Of a stretch of 64,000 nucleotides of DNA, positions 51,734 to 64,000 are shown piece by piece (within the stretch, counting starts at the first letter, position 1; each line of letters starts with the position of its first letter). Under the pieces are notes generated by a model. That model was not told the DNA's origin. It did no database searches and saw only the letters and a program-made list of their open reading frames with translations. The stretch is from Auanema rhodensis (taxonomy: Eukaryota; Animalia; Nematoda): NCBI GenBank assembly GCA_964057225.1, contig OZ059899.1, positions 9,548,001 through 9,612,000 of the forward strand, written 5' to 3'. A program made the translations under genes and the position numbers.

Positions 51734-53482
51734 TAAATTTTTTTCATTTCACTTGTCATACATAAAAATCGAATTTATTTTTTTCAATGATTTTTTTTTG
51801 CAATGTGTCATAAGAATTACACAGTTGAACAAAACGTTTTTTAAGAATTTTCTTTGTTGTCAACATATATATTTTCCTGGAATTCGAAAGCATTTGGGTT
51901 GGAAATCAGAAAGAAAAGAACTAGTTTTTCCTACTTTAAAACAAACAATAAAAAATAAAATGAAAAAGATTGTTAGATATCCAATTTAAACTTTTACATT
52001 TACTTCGATAAAGAGCCTATTAGATTGAAATTTTATGTCTTACAGTTCTCCAACAGAACAGACTGATCCTGATTTCTCTATGATTACATAAAATTCTCGT
52101 TTAATATAAAAAAAGGAGAGGAATAACGTTTCCAGGATGTCAAGGATATCGAATCTAGTGATATTGTAGAAAAATGTAATGTCAGGTTTTCTCCTAATTT
52201 CTCTCATCACAATTGTCTTAGTTTTTTTTCTCATGAGAGTTTCTGAAATCTTAGGTGAACAAGGCCGTATATAATTTCCTGGAATTCGAAAGCATTTGGG
52301 ATGGAATTTAGAGAGAAAAGAACTAGTTTTTCCTACTTTAAAACAAACAATAAGAAATAAAATGAAAAGATTGTTAGATATCCAATTTAAACTTATACAT
52401 TTACTTCGATAAAGAGCCTATTAGATTGAAATTTTATGTCTTACAGTTCTCCAACAGAACAGACTGATCCTGATTTCTCTATGATTACATAAAACTCTCG
52501 TTTGATATAAAAAAAGGAGAGGAATAACGTTTCCAGGATATCAATGATATCGAATCTAGTGATATTGTAGAAAAATGTAATGTCAGCTCCATAGGTTTTC
52601 TCCTAATTTCTCTCATCACAATTGTCTTAGTTTTTTTCTCATAAGAGTTTCTGAAATCTTAGGTGAACAAGGCCGTATATAATTTCCTGTATTTCGAAAG
52701 CATTTGGGATGGAAATTAGAGAGAAAAGAACTAGTTTTTCCTACTTTAAAACAAACAATAAGAAATAAAATGAAAAAGATTGTTAGATATCCAATTTAAA
52801 CTTATACATTTACTTCGATAAAGAGCCTATTAGATTGAAATTTTATGTCTTACAGTTCTCCAACAGAACAGACTGATCCTGATTTTTCTACGATTACATA
52901 AAACTCTCGTTTGATATAAAAAAAGGAGAGGAATAACGTTTCCAGGATGTCAAGGATATCGAATCTAGTGATATTGTAGAAAAATGTAATGTCAGGTTTT
53001 CTCCTAATTTCTCTCATCACAATTGTCTTAGTTTTTTTTCTCATGAGAGTTTCTGAAATCTTAGGTGAACAAGGCCGTATATAATTTCCTGGAATTCGAA
53101 AGCATTTGGGATGGAATTTAGAGAGAAAAGAACTAGTTTTTCCTACTTTAAAACAAACAATAAGAAATAAAATGAAAAGATTGTTAGATATCCAATTTAA
53201 ACTTATACATTTACTTCGATAAAGAGCCTATTAGATTGAAATTTTATGTCTTACAGTTCTCCAACAGAACAGACTGATCCTGATTTTTCTACGATTACAT
53301 AAAACTCTCGTTTGATATAAAAAAAGGAGAGGAATAACGTTTCCAGGATATCAATGATATCGAATCTAGTGATATTGTAGAAAAATGTAATGTCAGCTCC
53401 ATAGGTTTTCTCTTAATTTCTCTCATCACAATTGTCTTAGTTTTTTTTTCTCATAAGAGTTTCTGAAATCTTAGTTGAACAA

Positions 53483-53555
53483 GGCCGCGTGGCGCAATGG
53501 ATAACGCGTCTGCCTACGGAGCAGAAGATTGTAGGTTCGAATCCTGCCGTGGTCG
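53483..53555 (+). tRNA. tRNA-Arg(ACG)
   Basis: Consensus copy. Confidence 0.95.
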
Positions 53556-54094
53556 TAAATTTTTTTCATTTCACTTGTCATTCATAAAAATCGAATTTAT
53601 CTTCTTCAACGATTTTTTTTGCAAAATGTGTCATAAAAATTTCACAGTTGAACAAAACGTTTTTTAAGAAGTTTTTTTGTTGTCAACATATATATTTTGC
53701 TGGAATTCGAAAGCATTTGGGATGGAAATTAGAAAGAAAAGAACTAGTTTTTCCTACTTTAAAACAAACAATAAGAAATAAAATGAAAAAGATTGTTAGA
53801 TATCCAATTAAAACTTATACATTTACTTCGATGAAGAGCCTGTTAGTTTGAAATTTTATGTCTTACAGTTCTCCAACAGAACAGACTGATCCTGATTTTT
53901 CTACGATTACATAAAACTCTCGTTTGATATAAAAAAAAGAGAGGAATAACGTTTCCAGGATGTCAAGGATATCGAATCTAGTGATATTGTAGAAAAATGT
54001 ACTGTCAGCTCCATAGGTTTTCTCCTAATTTCTCTCATCACAATTGTCTTAGTTTTTTTTTCTCATAAGAGTTTCTGAAATCTTAGTTGAACAA

Positions 54095-54167
54095 GGCCGC
54101 GTGGCGCAATGGATAACGCGTCTGCCTACGGAGCAGAAGATTGTAGGTTCGAATCCTGCCGTGGTCG
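54095..54167 (+). tRNA. tRNA-Arg(ACG)
   Basis: Consensus copy. Confidence 0.95.
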
Positions 54168-54702
54168 TAAATTTTTTTCATTTCACTTGTCATTTACAAA
54201 AATCGAATTTATCTTCTTCAACGATTATTTTTGCAATGTGTCATAAAAATTTCTCAGTTGAACAAAACGTTTTTTAAGAAGTTTTTTTGTTGTCAACATA
54301 TATATTTTGCTGGAATTCGAAAGCATTTGGGATGGAATTTAGAGAGAAAAGAACTAGTTTTTCCTACTTTAAAACAAACAATAAGAAATAAAATGAAAAG
54401 ATTGTTAGATATCCAATTTAAACTTATACATTTACTTCGATAAAGAGCCTATTAGATTGAAAATTTATGTCTTACAGTTCTCCAACAGAACAGACTGATC
54501 CTGATTTCTCTATGATTACATAAAACTCTCGTTTGATATAAAAAAAGAGAGGAATAACGTTTCCAGGATATCAATGATATCGAATCTAGTGATATTGTAG
54601 AAAAATGTACTGTCAGCTCCATAGGTTTTCTCCTAATTTCTCTCATCACAATTGTCTTAGTTTTTTTTTCTCATAAGAGTTTCTGAAATCTTAGTTGAAC
54701 AA

Positions 54703-54775
54703 GGCCGCGTGGCGCAATGGATAACGCGTCTGCCTACGGAGCAGAAGATTGTAGGTTCGAATCCTGCCGTGGTCG
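54703..54775 (+). tRNA. tRNA-Arg(ACG)
   Basis: Consensus copy. Confidence 0.95.
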
Positions 54776-55314
54776 TAAATTTTTTTCATTTCACTTGTCA
54801 TTTACAAAAATCGAATTTATCTTCTTCAACGATTTTTTTTGCAAAATGTGTCATAAAAATTTCACAGTTGAACAAAACGTTTTTTAAGAAGTTTTTTTGT
54901 TGTCAACATATATATTTTGCTGGAATTCGAAAGCATTTGGGATGGAAATTAGAAAGAAAAGAACTAGTTTTTCCTACTTTAAAACAAACAATAAGAAATA
55001 AAATGAAAAAGATTGTTAGATATCCAATTTAAACTTATACATTTACTTCGATGAAGAGCCTGTTAGTTTGAAATTTTATGTCTTACAGTTCTCCAACAGA
55101 ACAGACTGATCCTGATTTTTCTACGATTACATAAAACTCTCGTTTGATATAAAAAAAAGAGAGGAATAACGTTTCCAGGATGTCAAGGATATCGAATCTA
55201 GTGATATTGTAGAAAAATGTACTGTCAGCTCCATAGGTTTTCTCCTAATTTCTCTCATCACAATTGTCTTAGTTTTTTTTTCTCATAAGAGTTTCTGAAA
55301 TCTTAGTTGAACAA

Positions 55315-55387
55315 GGCCGCGTGGCGCAATGGATAACGCGTCTGCCTACGGAGCAGAAGATTGTAGGTTCGAATCCTGCCGTGGTCG
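55315..55387 (+). tRNA. tRNA-Arg(ACG)
   Basis: Consensus copy. Confidence 0.95.
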
Positions 55388-56335
55388 TGAATTTTTTTCA
55401 TTTCACTTGTCATTTACAAAAATCGAATTTATCTTCTTCAACGATTATTTTTGCAAAATGTGTCATAAAAATTTCTCAGTTGAACAAAACGTTTTTTAAG
55501 AAGTTTTTTTGTTGTCAACATATATATTTTGCTGGAATTCGAAAGCATTTGGGATGGAAATTAGAAAGAAAAGAACTAGTTTTTCCTACTTTAAAACAAA
55601 CAATAAGAAATAAAATGAAAAAGATTGTTAGATATCCATTTTAAACTTATACATTTACTTCGATAAAGAGCCTATTAGATTGAAATTTTATGTCTTACAG
55701 TTCTCCAACAGAACAGACTGATCCTGATTTTTCTACGATTACATAAAACTCTCGTTTGATATAGAAAAAGGAGAGGAACAACGTTTCCAGGATGTCAAGG
55801 ATATCGAATCTAGTGATATTGTAGAAAAATGTAATGTCAGCTCTATAGGTTTTCTCCTAATTTCTCTCATCACAATTGTCTTAGTTTTTTTCTCATAAGA
55901 GTTTCTGAAATCTTAGGTGAACAAGGCCGTATATAATTTCCTGTATTTCGAAAGCATTTGGGATGGAAATTAGAAAGAAAAGAACTAGTTTTTCCTACTT
56001 TAAAACAAACAATAAGAAATAAAATGAAAAAGATTGTTAGATATCCATTTTAAACTTTTACATTTACTTCGATAAAGAGCCTATTAGATTGAAATTTTAT
56101 GTCTTACAGTTCTCCAACAGAACAGACTGATCCTGATTTTTCTACGATTACATAAAACTCTCATTTGATATAGAAAAAGGAGAGGAACAACGTTTCCAGG
56201 ATGTCAAGGATATCGAATCTAGTGATATTGTAGAAAAATGTAATGTCAGCTCCATAGGTTTTCTCTTAATTTCTCTCATCACAATTGTCTTAGTTTTTTT
56301 TTCTCATAAGAGTTTCTGAAATCTTACTTGAACAA

Positions 56336-56408
56336 GGCCGCGTGGCGCAATGGATAACGCGTCTGCCTACGGAGCAGAAGATTGTAGGTTCAAATCCTGC
56401 CGTGGTCG
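56336..56408 (+). tRNA. tRNA-Arg(ACG), TTCAAAT variant
   Basis: Intact cloverleaf. Confidence 0.93.
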
Positions 56409-57757
56409 TAAATTTTTTTCATTTCACTTGTCATACATAAAAATCGAATTTATTTTTTTCAATGATTTTTTTTTGCAATGTGTCATAAGAATTACACAGT
56501 TGAACAAAACGTTTTTTAAGAATTTTCTTTGTTGTCAACATATATATTTTCCTGGAATTCGAAAGCATTTGGGATGGAAATCAGAAAGAAAAGAACTAGT
56601 TTTTCCTACTTTAAAACAAACAATAAAAAATAAAATGAAAAAGATTGTTAGATATCCAATTTAAACTTTTACATTTACTTCGATAAAGAGCCTATTAGAT
56701 TGAAATTTTATGTCTTACAGTTCTCCAACAGAACAGACTGATCCTGATTTCTCTATGATTACATAAAATTCTCGTTTAATATAAAAAAAGGAGAGGAATA
56801 ACGTTTCCAGGATGTCAAGGATATCGAATATAGTGATATTGTAGAAAAATGTAATGTCAGGTTTTCTCCTAATTTCTCTCATCACAATTGTCTTAGTTTT
56901 TTTCTCATAAGAGTTTCTGAAATCTTAGGTGAACAAGGCCGTATATAATTTCCTGTATTTCGAAAGCATTTGGGATGGAAATTAGAAAGAAAAGAACTAG
57001 TTTTTCCCACTTTAAAACAAACAATAAGAAATAAAATGAAAAAGATTGTTAGATATCCATTTTAAACTTATACATTTACTTCGATAAAGAGCCTATTAGA
57101 TTGAAATTTTATGTCTTACAGTTCTCCAACAGAACAGACTGATCCTGATTTTTCTACGATTACATAAAACTCTCGTTTAATATAGAAAAAGGAGAGGAAC
57201 AACGTTTCCAGGATGTCAAGGATATCGAATCTAGTGATATTGTAGAAAAATGTAATGTCAGCTCTATAGGTTTTCTCCTAATTTCTCTCATCACAATTGT
57301 CTTAGTTTTTTTCTCATAAGAGTTTCTGAAATCTTAGGTGAACAAGGCCGTATATAATTTCCTGTATTTCGAAAGCATTTGGGATGGAAATTAGAAAGAA
57401 AAGAACTAGTTTTTCCTACTTTAAAACAAACAATAAGAAATAAAATGAAAAAGATTGTTAGATATCCATTTTAAACTTATACATTTACTTCGATAAAGAG
57501 CCTATTAGATTGAAATTTTATGTCTTACAGTTCTCCAACAGAACAGACTGATCCTGATTTTTCTACGATTACATAAAACTCTCGTTTGATATAGAAAAAG
57601 GAGAGGAACAACGTTTCCAGGATGTCAAGGATATCGAATCTAGTGATATTGTAGAAAAATGTAATGTCAGCTCCATAGGTTTTCTCTTAATTTCTCTCAT
57701 CACAATTGTCTTAGTTTTTTTTTTCTCATAAGAGTTTCTGAAATCTTACTTGAACAA

Positions 57758-57830
57758 GGCCGCGTGGCGCAATGGATAACGCGTCTGCCTACGGAGCAGA
57801 AGATTGTAGGTTCAAATCCTGCCGTGGTCG
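57758..57830 (+). tRNA. tRNA-Arg(ACG), TTCAAAT variant
   Basis: Intact cloverleaf. Confidence 0.93.
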
Positions 57831-58365
57831 TAAATTTTTTTCATTTCACTTGTCATACATAAAAATCGAATTTATCTTCTTCAACGATTATTTTTGCAAT
57901 GTGTCATAAAAATTTCTCAGTTGAACGAAACGTTTTTTAAGAAGTTTTTTTGTTGTCAACATATATATTTTGCTGGAATTCGAAAGCATTTGGGATGGAA
58001 ATTAGAAAGAAAAGAACTAGTTTTTCCTACTTTAAAACAAACAATAAGAAATAAAATGAAAAAGATTGTTAGATATCCATTTTAAACTTATACATTTACT
58101 TCGATAAAGAGCCTATTAGATTGAAATTTTATGTCTTACAGTTCTCCAACAGAACAGACTGATCCTGATTTTTCTACGATTACATAAAACTCTCGTTTGA
58201 TATAGAAAAAGGAGAGGAACAACGTTTCCAGGATGTCAAGGATATCGAATCTAGTGATATTGTAGAAAAATGTAATGTCAGCTCTATAGGTTTTCTCCTA
58301 ATTTCTCTCATCACAATTGTCTTAGTTTTTTTCTCATAAGAGTTTCTGAAATCTTAGTTGAACAA

Positions 58366-58438
58366 GGCCGCGTGGCGCAATGGATAACGCGTCTGCCTAC
58401 GGAGCAGAAAATTGTAGGTTCGAATCCTGCCGTGGTCG
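58366..58438 (+). tRNA. tRNA-Arg(ACG), variable-loop G>A variant
   Basis: GCAGAAAATTGTAGG. Confidence 0.88.
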
Positions 58439-61013
58439 TAAATTTTTTTCATTTCACTTGTCATTTACAAAAATCGAATTTATCTTCTTCAACGAATATT
58501 TTTGCAATGTGTCATAAAAATTTCTCAGTTGAACAAAACGTTTTTTAAGAAGTTTTTTTGTTGTCAACATATATATTTTGCTGGAATTCGAAAGCATTTG
58601 GGATGGAAATTAGAAAGAAAAGAACTAGTTTTTCCTACTTTAAAACAAACAATAAGAAATAAAATGAAAAAGATTGTTAGATATCCATTTTAAACTTATA
58701 CATTTACTTCGATAAAGAGCCTATTAGATTGAAATTTTATGTCTTACAGTTCTCCAACAGAACAGACTGATCCTGATTTTTCTACGATTACATAAAACTC
58801 TCGTTTGATATAGAAAAAGGAGAGGAACAACGTTTCCAGGATGTCAAGGATATCGAATCTAGTGATATTGTAGAAAAATGTAATGTCAGCTCTATAGGTT
58901 TTCTCCTAATTTCTCTCATCACAATTGTCTTAGTTTTTTTCTCATAAGAGTTTCTGAAATCTTAGGTGAACAAGGCCGTATATAATTTCCTGTATTTCGA
59001 AAGCATTTGGGATGGAAATTAGAAAGAAAAGAACTAGTTTTTCCCACTTTAAAACAAACAATAAGAAATAAAATGAAAAAGATTGTTAGATATCCATTTT
59101 AAACTTATACATTTACTTCGATAAAGAGCCTATTAGATTGAAATTTTATGTCTTACAGTTCTCCAACAGAACAGACTGATCCTGATTTTTCTACGATTAC
59201 ATAAAACTCTCGTTTGATATAGAAAAAGGAGAGGAACAACGTTTCCAGGATGTCAAGGATATCGAATCTAGTGATATTGTAGAAAAATGTAATGTCAGCT
59301 CTATAGGTTTTCTCCTAATTTCTCTCATCACAATTGTCTTAGTTTTTTTCTCATAAGAGTTTCTGAAATCTTAGGTGAACAAGGCCGTATATAATTTCCT
59401 GTATTTCGAAAGCATTTGGGATGGAAATTAGAAAGAAAAGAACTAGTTTTTCCTACTTTAAAACAAACAATAAGAAATAAAATGAAAAAGATTGTTAGAT
59501 ATCCATTTTAAACTTATACATTTACTTCGATAAAGCGCCTATTAGATTGAAATTTTATGTCTTACAGTTCTCCAACAGAACAGACTGATCCTGATTTTTC
59601 TACGATTACATAAAACTCTCGTTTGATATAGAAAAAGGAGAGGAACAACGTTTCCAGGATGTCAAGGATATCGAATCTAGTGATATTGTAGAAAAATGTA
59701 ATGTCAGCTCTATAGGTTTTCTCCTAATTTCTCTCATCACAATTGTCTTAGTTTTTTTCTCATAAGAGTTTCTGAAATCTTAGGTGAACAAGGCCGTATA
59801 TAATTTCCTGTATTTCGAAAGCATTTGGGATGGAAATCAGAAAGAAAAGAACTAGTTTTTCCTACTTTAAAACAAACAATAAAAAATAAAATGAAAAAGA
59901 TTGTTAGATATCCAATTTAAACTTTTACATTTACTTCGATAAAGAGCCTATTAGATTGAAATTTTATGTCTTACAGTTCTCCAACAGAACAGACTGATCC
60001 TGATTTCTCTATGATTACATAAAATTCTCGTTTAATATAAAAAAAGGAGAGGAATAACGTTTCCAGGATGTCAAGGATATCGAATCTAGTGATATTGTAG
60101 AAAAATGTAATGTCAGGTTTTCTCCTAATTTCTCTCATCACAATTGTCTTAGTTTTTTTTCTCATAAGAGTTTCTGAAATCTTAGGTGAACAAGGCCGTA
60201 TATAATTTCCTGGAATTCGAAAGCATTTGGGATGGAATTTAGAGAGAAAAGAACTAGTTTTTCCTACTTTAAAACAAACAATAAGAAATAAAAAGAAAAG
60301 ATTGTTAGATATCCATTTTAAACTTATACATTTACTTCGATAAAGAGCCTATTAGATTGAAATTTTATGTCTTACAGTTCTCCAACAGAACAGACTGATC
60401 CTGATTTTTCTACGATTACATAAAACTCTCGTTTGATATACAAAAAGGAGAGGAATAACGTTTCCAGGATATCAATGATATCGAATCTAGTGATATTGTA
60501 GAGAAATGTAATGTCAGCTCCATAGGTTTTCTCTTAATTTCTCTCATCACAATTGTCTTAGTTTTTTTCTCATAAGAGTTTCTGAAATCTTAGGTGAACA
60601 AGGCCGTATATAATTTCCTGTATTTCGAAAGCATTTGGGATGGAAATTAGAAAGAAAAGAACTAGTTTTTCCTACTTTAAAACAAACAATAAGAAATAAA
60701 ATGAAAAAGATTGTTAGATATCCATTTTAAACTTATACATTTACTTCGATAAAGAGCCTATTAGATTGAAATTTTATGTCTTACAGTTCTCCAACAGAAC
60801 AGACTGATCCTGATTTTTCTACGATTACATAAAACTCTCGTTTGATATAGAAAAAGGAGAGGAACAACGTTTCCAGGATGTCAAGGATATCGAATCTAGT
60901 GATATTGTAGAAAAATGTAATGTCAGCTCCATAGGTTTTCTCTTAATTTCTCTCATCACAATTGTCTTAGTTTTTTTTTTCTCATAAGAGTTTCTGAAAT
61001 CTTACTTGAACAA

Positions 61014-61086
61014 GGCCGCGTGGCGCAATGGATAACGCGTCTGCCTACGGAGCAGAAGATTGTAGGTTCAAATCCTGCCGTGGTCG
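61014..61086 (+). tRNA. tRNA-Arg(ACG), TTCAAAT variant
   Basis: Intact cloverleaf. Confidence 0.93.
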
Positions 61087-61621
61087 TAAATTTTTTTCAT
61101 TTCACTTGTCATACATAAAAATCGAATTTATCTTCTTCAACGATTATTTTTGCAATGTGTCATAAAAATTTCTCAGTTGAACGAAACGTTTTTTAAGAAG
61201 TTTTTTTGTTGTCAACATATATATTTTGCTGGAATTCGAAAGCATTTGGGATGGAAATTAGAAAGAAAAGAACTAGTTTTTCCTACTTTAAAACAAACAA
61301 TAAGAAATAAAATGAAAAAGATTGTTAGATATCCATTTTAAACTTATACATTTACTTCGATAAAGAGCCTATTAGATTGAAATTTTATGTCTTACAGTTC
61401 TCCAACAGAACAGACTGATCCTGATTTTTCTACGATTACATAAAACTCTCGTTTGATATAGAAAAAGGAGAGGAACAACGTTTCCAGGATGTCAAGGATA
61501 TCGAATCTAGTGATATTGTAGAAAAATGTAATGTCAGCTCTATAGGTTTTCTCCTAATTTCTCTCATCACAATTGTCTTAGTTTTTTTCTCATAAGAGTT
61601 TCTGAAATCTTAGTTGAACAA

Positions 61622-61694
61622 GGCCGCGTGGCGCAATGGATAACGCGTCTGCCTACGGAGCAGAAAATTGTAGGTTCGAATCCTGCCGTGGTCG
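61622..61694 (+). tRNA. tRNA-Arg(ACG), variable-loop G>A variant
   Basis: GCAGAAAATTGTAGG. Confidence 0.88.
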
Positions 61695-63049
61695 TAAATT
61701 TTTTTCATTTCACTTGTCATTTACAAAAATCGAATTTATCTTCTTCAACGATTATTTTTGCAATGTGTCATAAAAATTTCTCAGTTGAACAAAACGTTTT
61801 TTAAGAAGTTTTTTTGTTGTCAACATATATATTTTGCTGGAATTCGAAAGCATTTGGGATGGAAATTAGAAAGAAAAGAACTAGTTTTTCCTACTTTAAA
61901 ACAAACAATAAGAAATAAAATGAAAAAGATTGTTAGATATCCATTTTAAACTTATACATTTACTTCGATAAAGAGCCTATTAGATTGAAATTTTATGTCT
62001 TACAGTTCTCCAACAGAACAGACTGATCCTGATTTTTCTACGATTACATAAAACTCTCGTTTGATATAGAAAAAGGAGAGGAACAACGTTTCCAGGATGT
62101 CAAGGATATCGAATCTAGTGATATTGTAGAAAAATGTAATGTCAGCTCTATAGGTTTTCTCCTAATTTCTCTCATCACAATTGTCTTAGTTTTTTTCTCA
62201 TAAGAGTTTCTGAAATCTTAGGTGAACAAGGCCGTATATAATTTCCTGTATTTCGAAAGCATTTGGGATGGAAATTAGAAAGAAAAGAACTAGTTTTTCC
62301 TACTTTAAAACAAACAATAAGAAATAAAATGAAAAAGATTGTTAGATATCCATTTTAAACTTATACATTTACTTCGATAAAGAGCCTATTAGATTGAAAT
62401 TTTATGTCTTACAGTTCTCCAACAGAACAGACTGATCCTGATTTTTCTACGATTACATAAAACTCTCGTTTGATATAGAAAAAGGAGAGGAACAACGTTT
62501 CCAGGATGTCAAGGATATCGAATCTAGTGATATTGTAGAAAAATGTAATGTCAGCTCTATAGGTTTTCTCCTAATTTCTCTCATCACAATTGTCTTAGTT
62601 TTTTTCTCATAAGAGTTTCTGAAATCTTAGGTGAACAAGGCCGTATATAATTTCCTGTATTTCGAAAGCATTTGGGATGGAAATTAGAAAGAAAAGAACT
62701 AGTTTTTCCTACTTTAAAACAAACAATAAGAAATAAAATGAAAAAGATTGTTAGATATCCATTTTAAACTTATACATTTACTTCGATAAAGAGCCTATTA
62801 GATTGAAATTTTATGTCTTACAGTTCTCCAACAGAACAGACTGATCCTGATTTTTCTACGATTACATAAAACTCTCATTTGATATAGAAAAAGGAGAGGA
62901 ACAACGTTTCCAGGATGTCAAGGATATCGAATCTAGTGATATTGTAGAAAAATGTAATGTCAGCTCCATAGGTTTTCTCTTAATTTCTCTCATCACAATT
63001 GTCTTAGTTTTTTTTTCTCATAAGAGTTTCTGAAATCTTACTTGAACAA

Positions 63050-63122
63050 GGCCGCGTGGCGCAATGGATAACGCGTCTGCCTACGGAGCAGAAGATTGTA
63101 GGTTCAAATCCTGCCGTGGTCG
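63050..63122 (+). tRNA. tRNA-Arg(ACG), TTCAAAT variant
   Basis: Intact cloverleaf. Confidence 0.93.
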
Positions 63123-64000
63123 TAAATTTTTTTCATTTCACTTGTCATACATAAAAATCGAATTTATTTTTTTCAATGATTTTTTTTTGCAATGTGTCAT
63201 AAGAATTACACAGTTGAACAAAACGTTTTTTAAGAATTTTCTTTGTTGTCAACATATATATTTTCCTGGAATTCGAAAGCATTTGGGATGGAAATCAGAA
63301 AGAAAAGAACTAGTTTTTCCTACTTTAAAACAAACAATAAAAAATAAAATGAAAAAGATTGTTAGATATCCAATTTAAACTTTTACATTTACTTCGATAA
63401 AGAGCCTATTAGATTGAAATTTTATGTCTTACAGTTCTCCAACAGAACAGACTGATCCTGATTTCTCTATGATTACATAAAATTCTCGTTTAATATAAAA
63501 AAAGGAGAGGAATAACGTTTCCAGGATGTCAAGGATATCGAATCTAGTGATATTGTAGAAAAATGTAATGTCAGCTCCATAGGTTTTCTCCTAATTTCTC
63601 TCATCACAATTGTCTTAGTTTTTTTTCTCATAAGAGTTTCTGAAATCTTAGGTGAACAAGGCCGTATATAATTTCCTGGAATTCGAAAGCATTTGGGATG
63701 GAATTTAGAGAGAAAAGAACTAGTTTTTCCTACTTTAAAACAAACAATAAGAAATAAAATGAAAAGATTGTTAGATATCCATTTTAAACTTATACATTTA
63801 CTTCGATAAAGAGCCTATTAGATTGAAATTTTATGTCTTACAGTTCTCCAACAGAACAGACTGATCCTGATTTTTCTACGATTACATAAAACTCTCGTTT
63901 GATATAGAAAAAGGAGAGGAACAACGTTTCCAGGATGTCAAGGATATCGAATCTAGTGATATTGTAGAAAAATGTAATGTCAGCTCTATAGGTTTTCTCC

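Larger units (their letters stand above)
45962..64000 (+). repeat. tandem tRNA-Arg/410-bp array (right block, continues beyond window)
   Basis: Same units and orientation as the left block; resumes within the interrupted tRNA. Confidence 0.97.

Noticed and set aside
10646-63378. Repeated 60-111 aa ORFs (MDNASAYGAEDC..., MQCVIRI..., MAQWITRL..., MRKKTKTIV...)
   Set aside because: They are translations of the tRNA gene and its AT-rich spacer; the frame changes with homopolymer length between copies.
10506-64000. CRISPR-like repeat array
   Set aside because: The spacers are near-identical rather than unique, units are 410/611 bp, there are no cas genes and the context is eukaryotic.

Overview
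AT-rich eukaryotic DNA, probably nematode (inferred from the tRNA-Arg sequence and ~45-nt TTTCAG/TTTTAG introns). (1) 1-9643, minus strand: a Ty3/gypsy LTR retrotransposon that runs off the left edge. A class III (herpes gB-like) envelope glycoprotein lies between gag and protease, apparently in one gag-env-pro-RT-RNaseH-IN reading frame now broken by one stop and two frameshifts. It has a tRNA-Gln PBS and a 413-bp LTR. An internally deleted 1275-bp derivative occurs twice (9231-10505, 12739-14013) about 60 bp upstream of a tRNA gene. (2) 10506-64000: a tandem array of ~611-bp units carrying tRNA-Arg(ACG) (27 full-length copies, 4 of them degenerate) mixed with roughly 60 ~410-bp units from which the tRNA has been deleted. 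(3) 35309-45961: two diverged, intron-rich Mutator (MULE) transposons in inverted orientation enclose a 2.3-kb inverted piece of the array. Only the two outer ends share a 9-bp target duplication (GCCTACGGA, the tRNA anticodon arm), so the 10.65-kb block looks like a eukaryotic composite transposon. All four MULE junctions fall inside tRNA-Arg genes, suggesting tRNA-gene targeting. Coordinates, counts and splice models were read by eye; no database searches were run.
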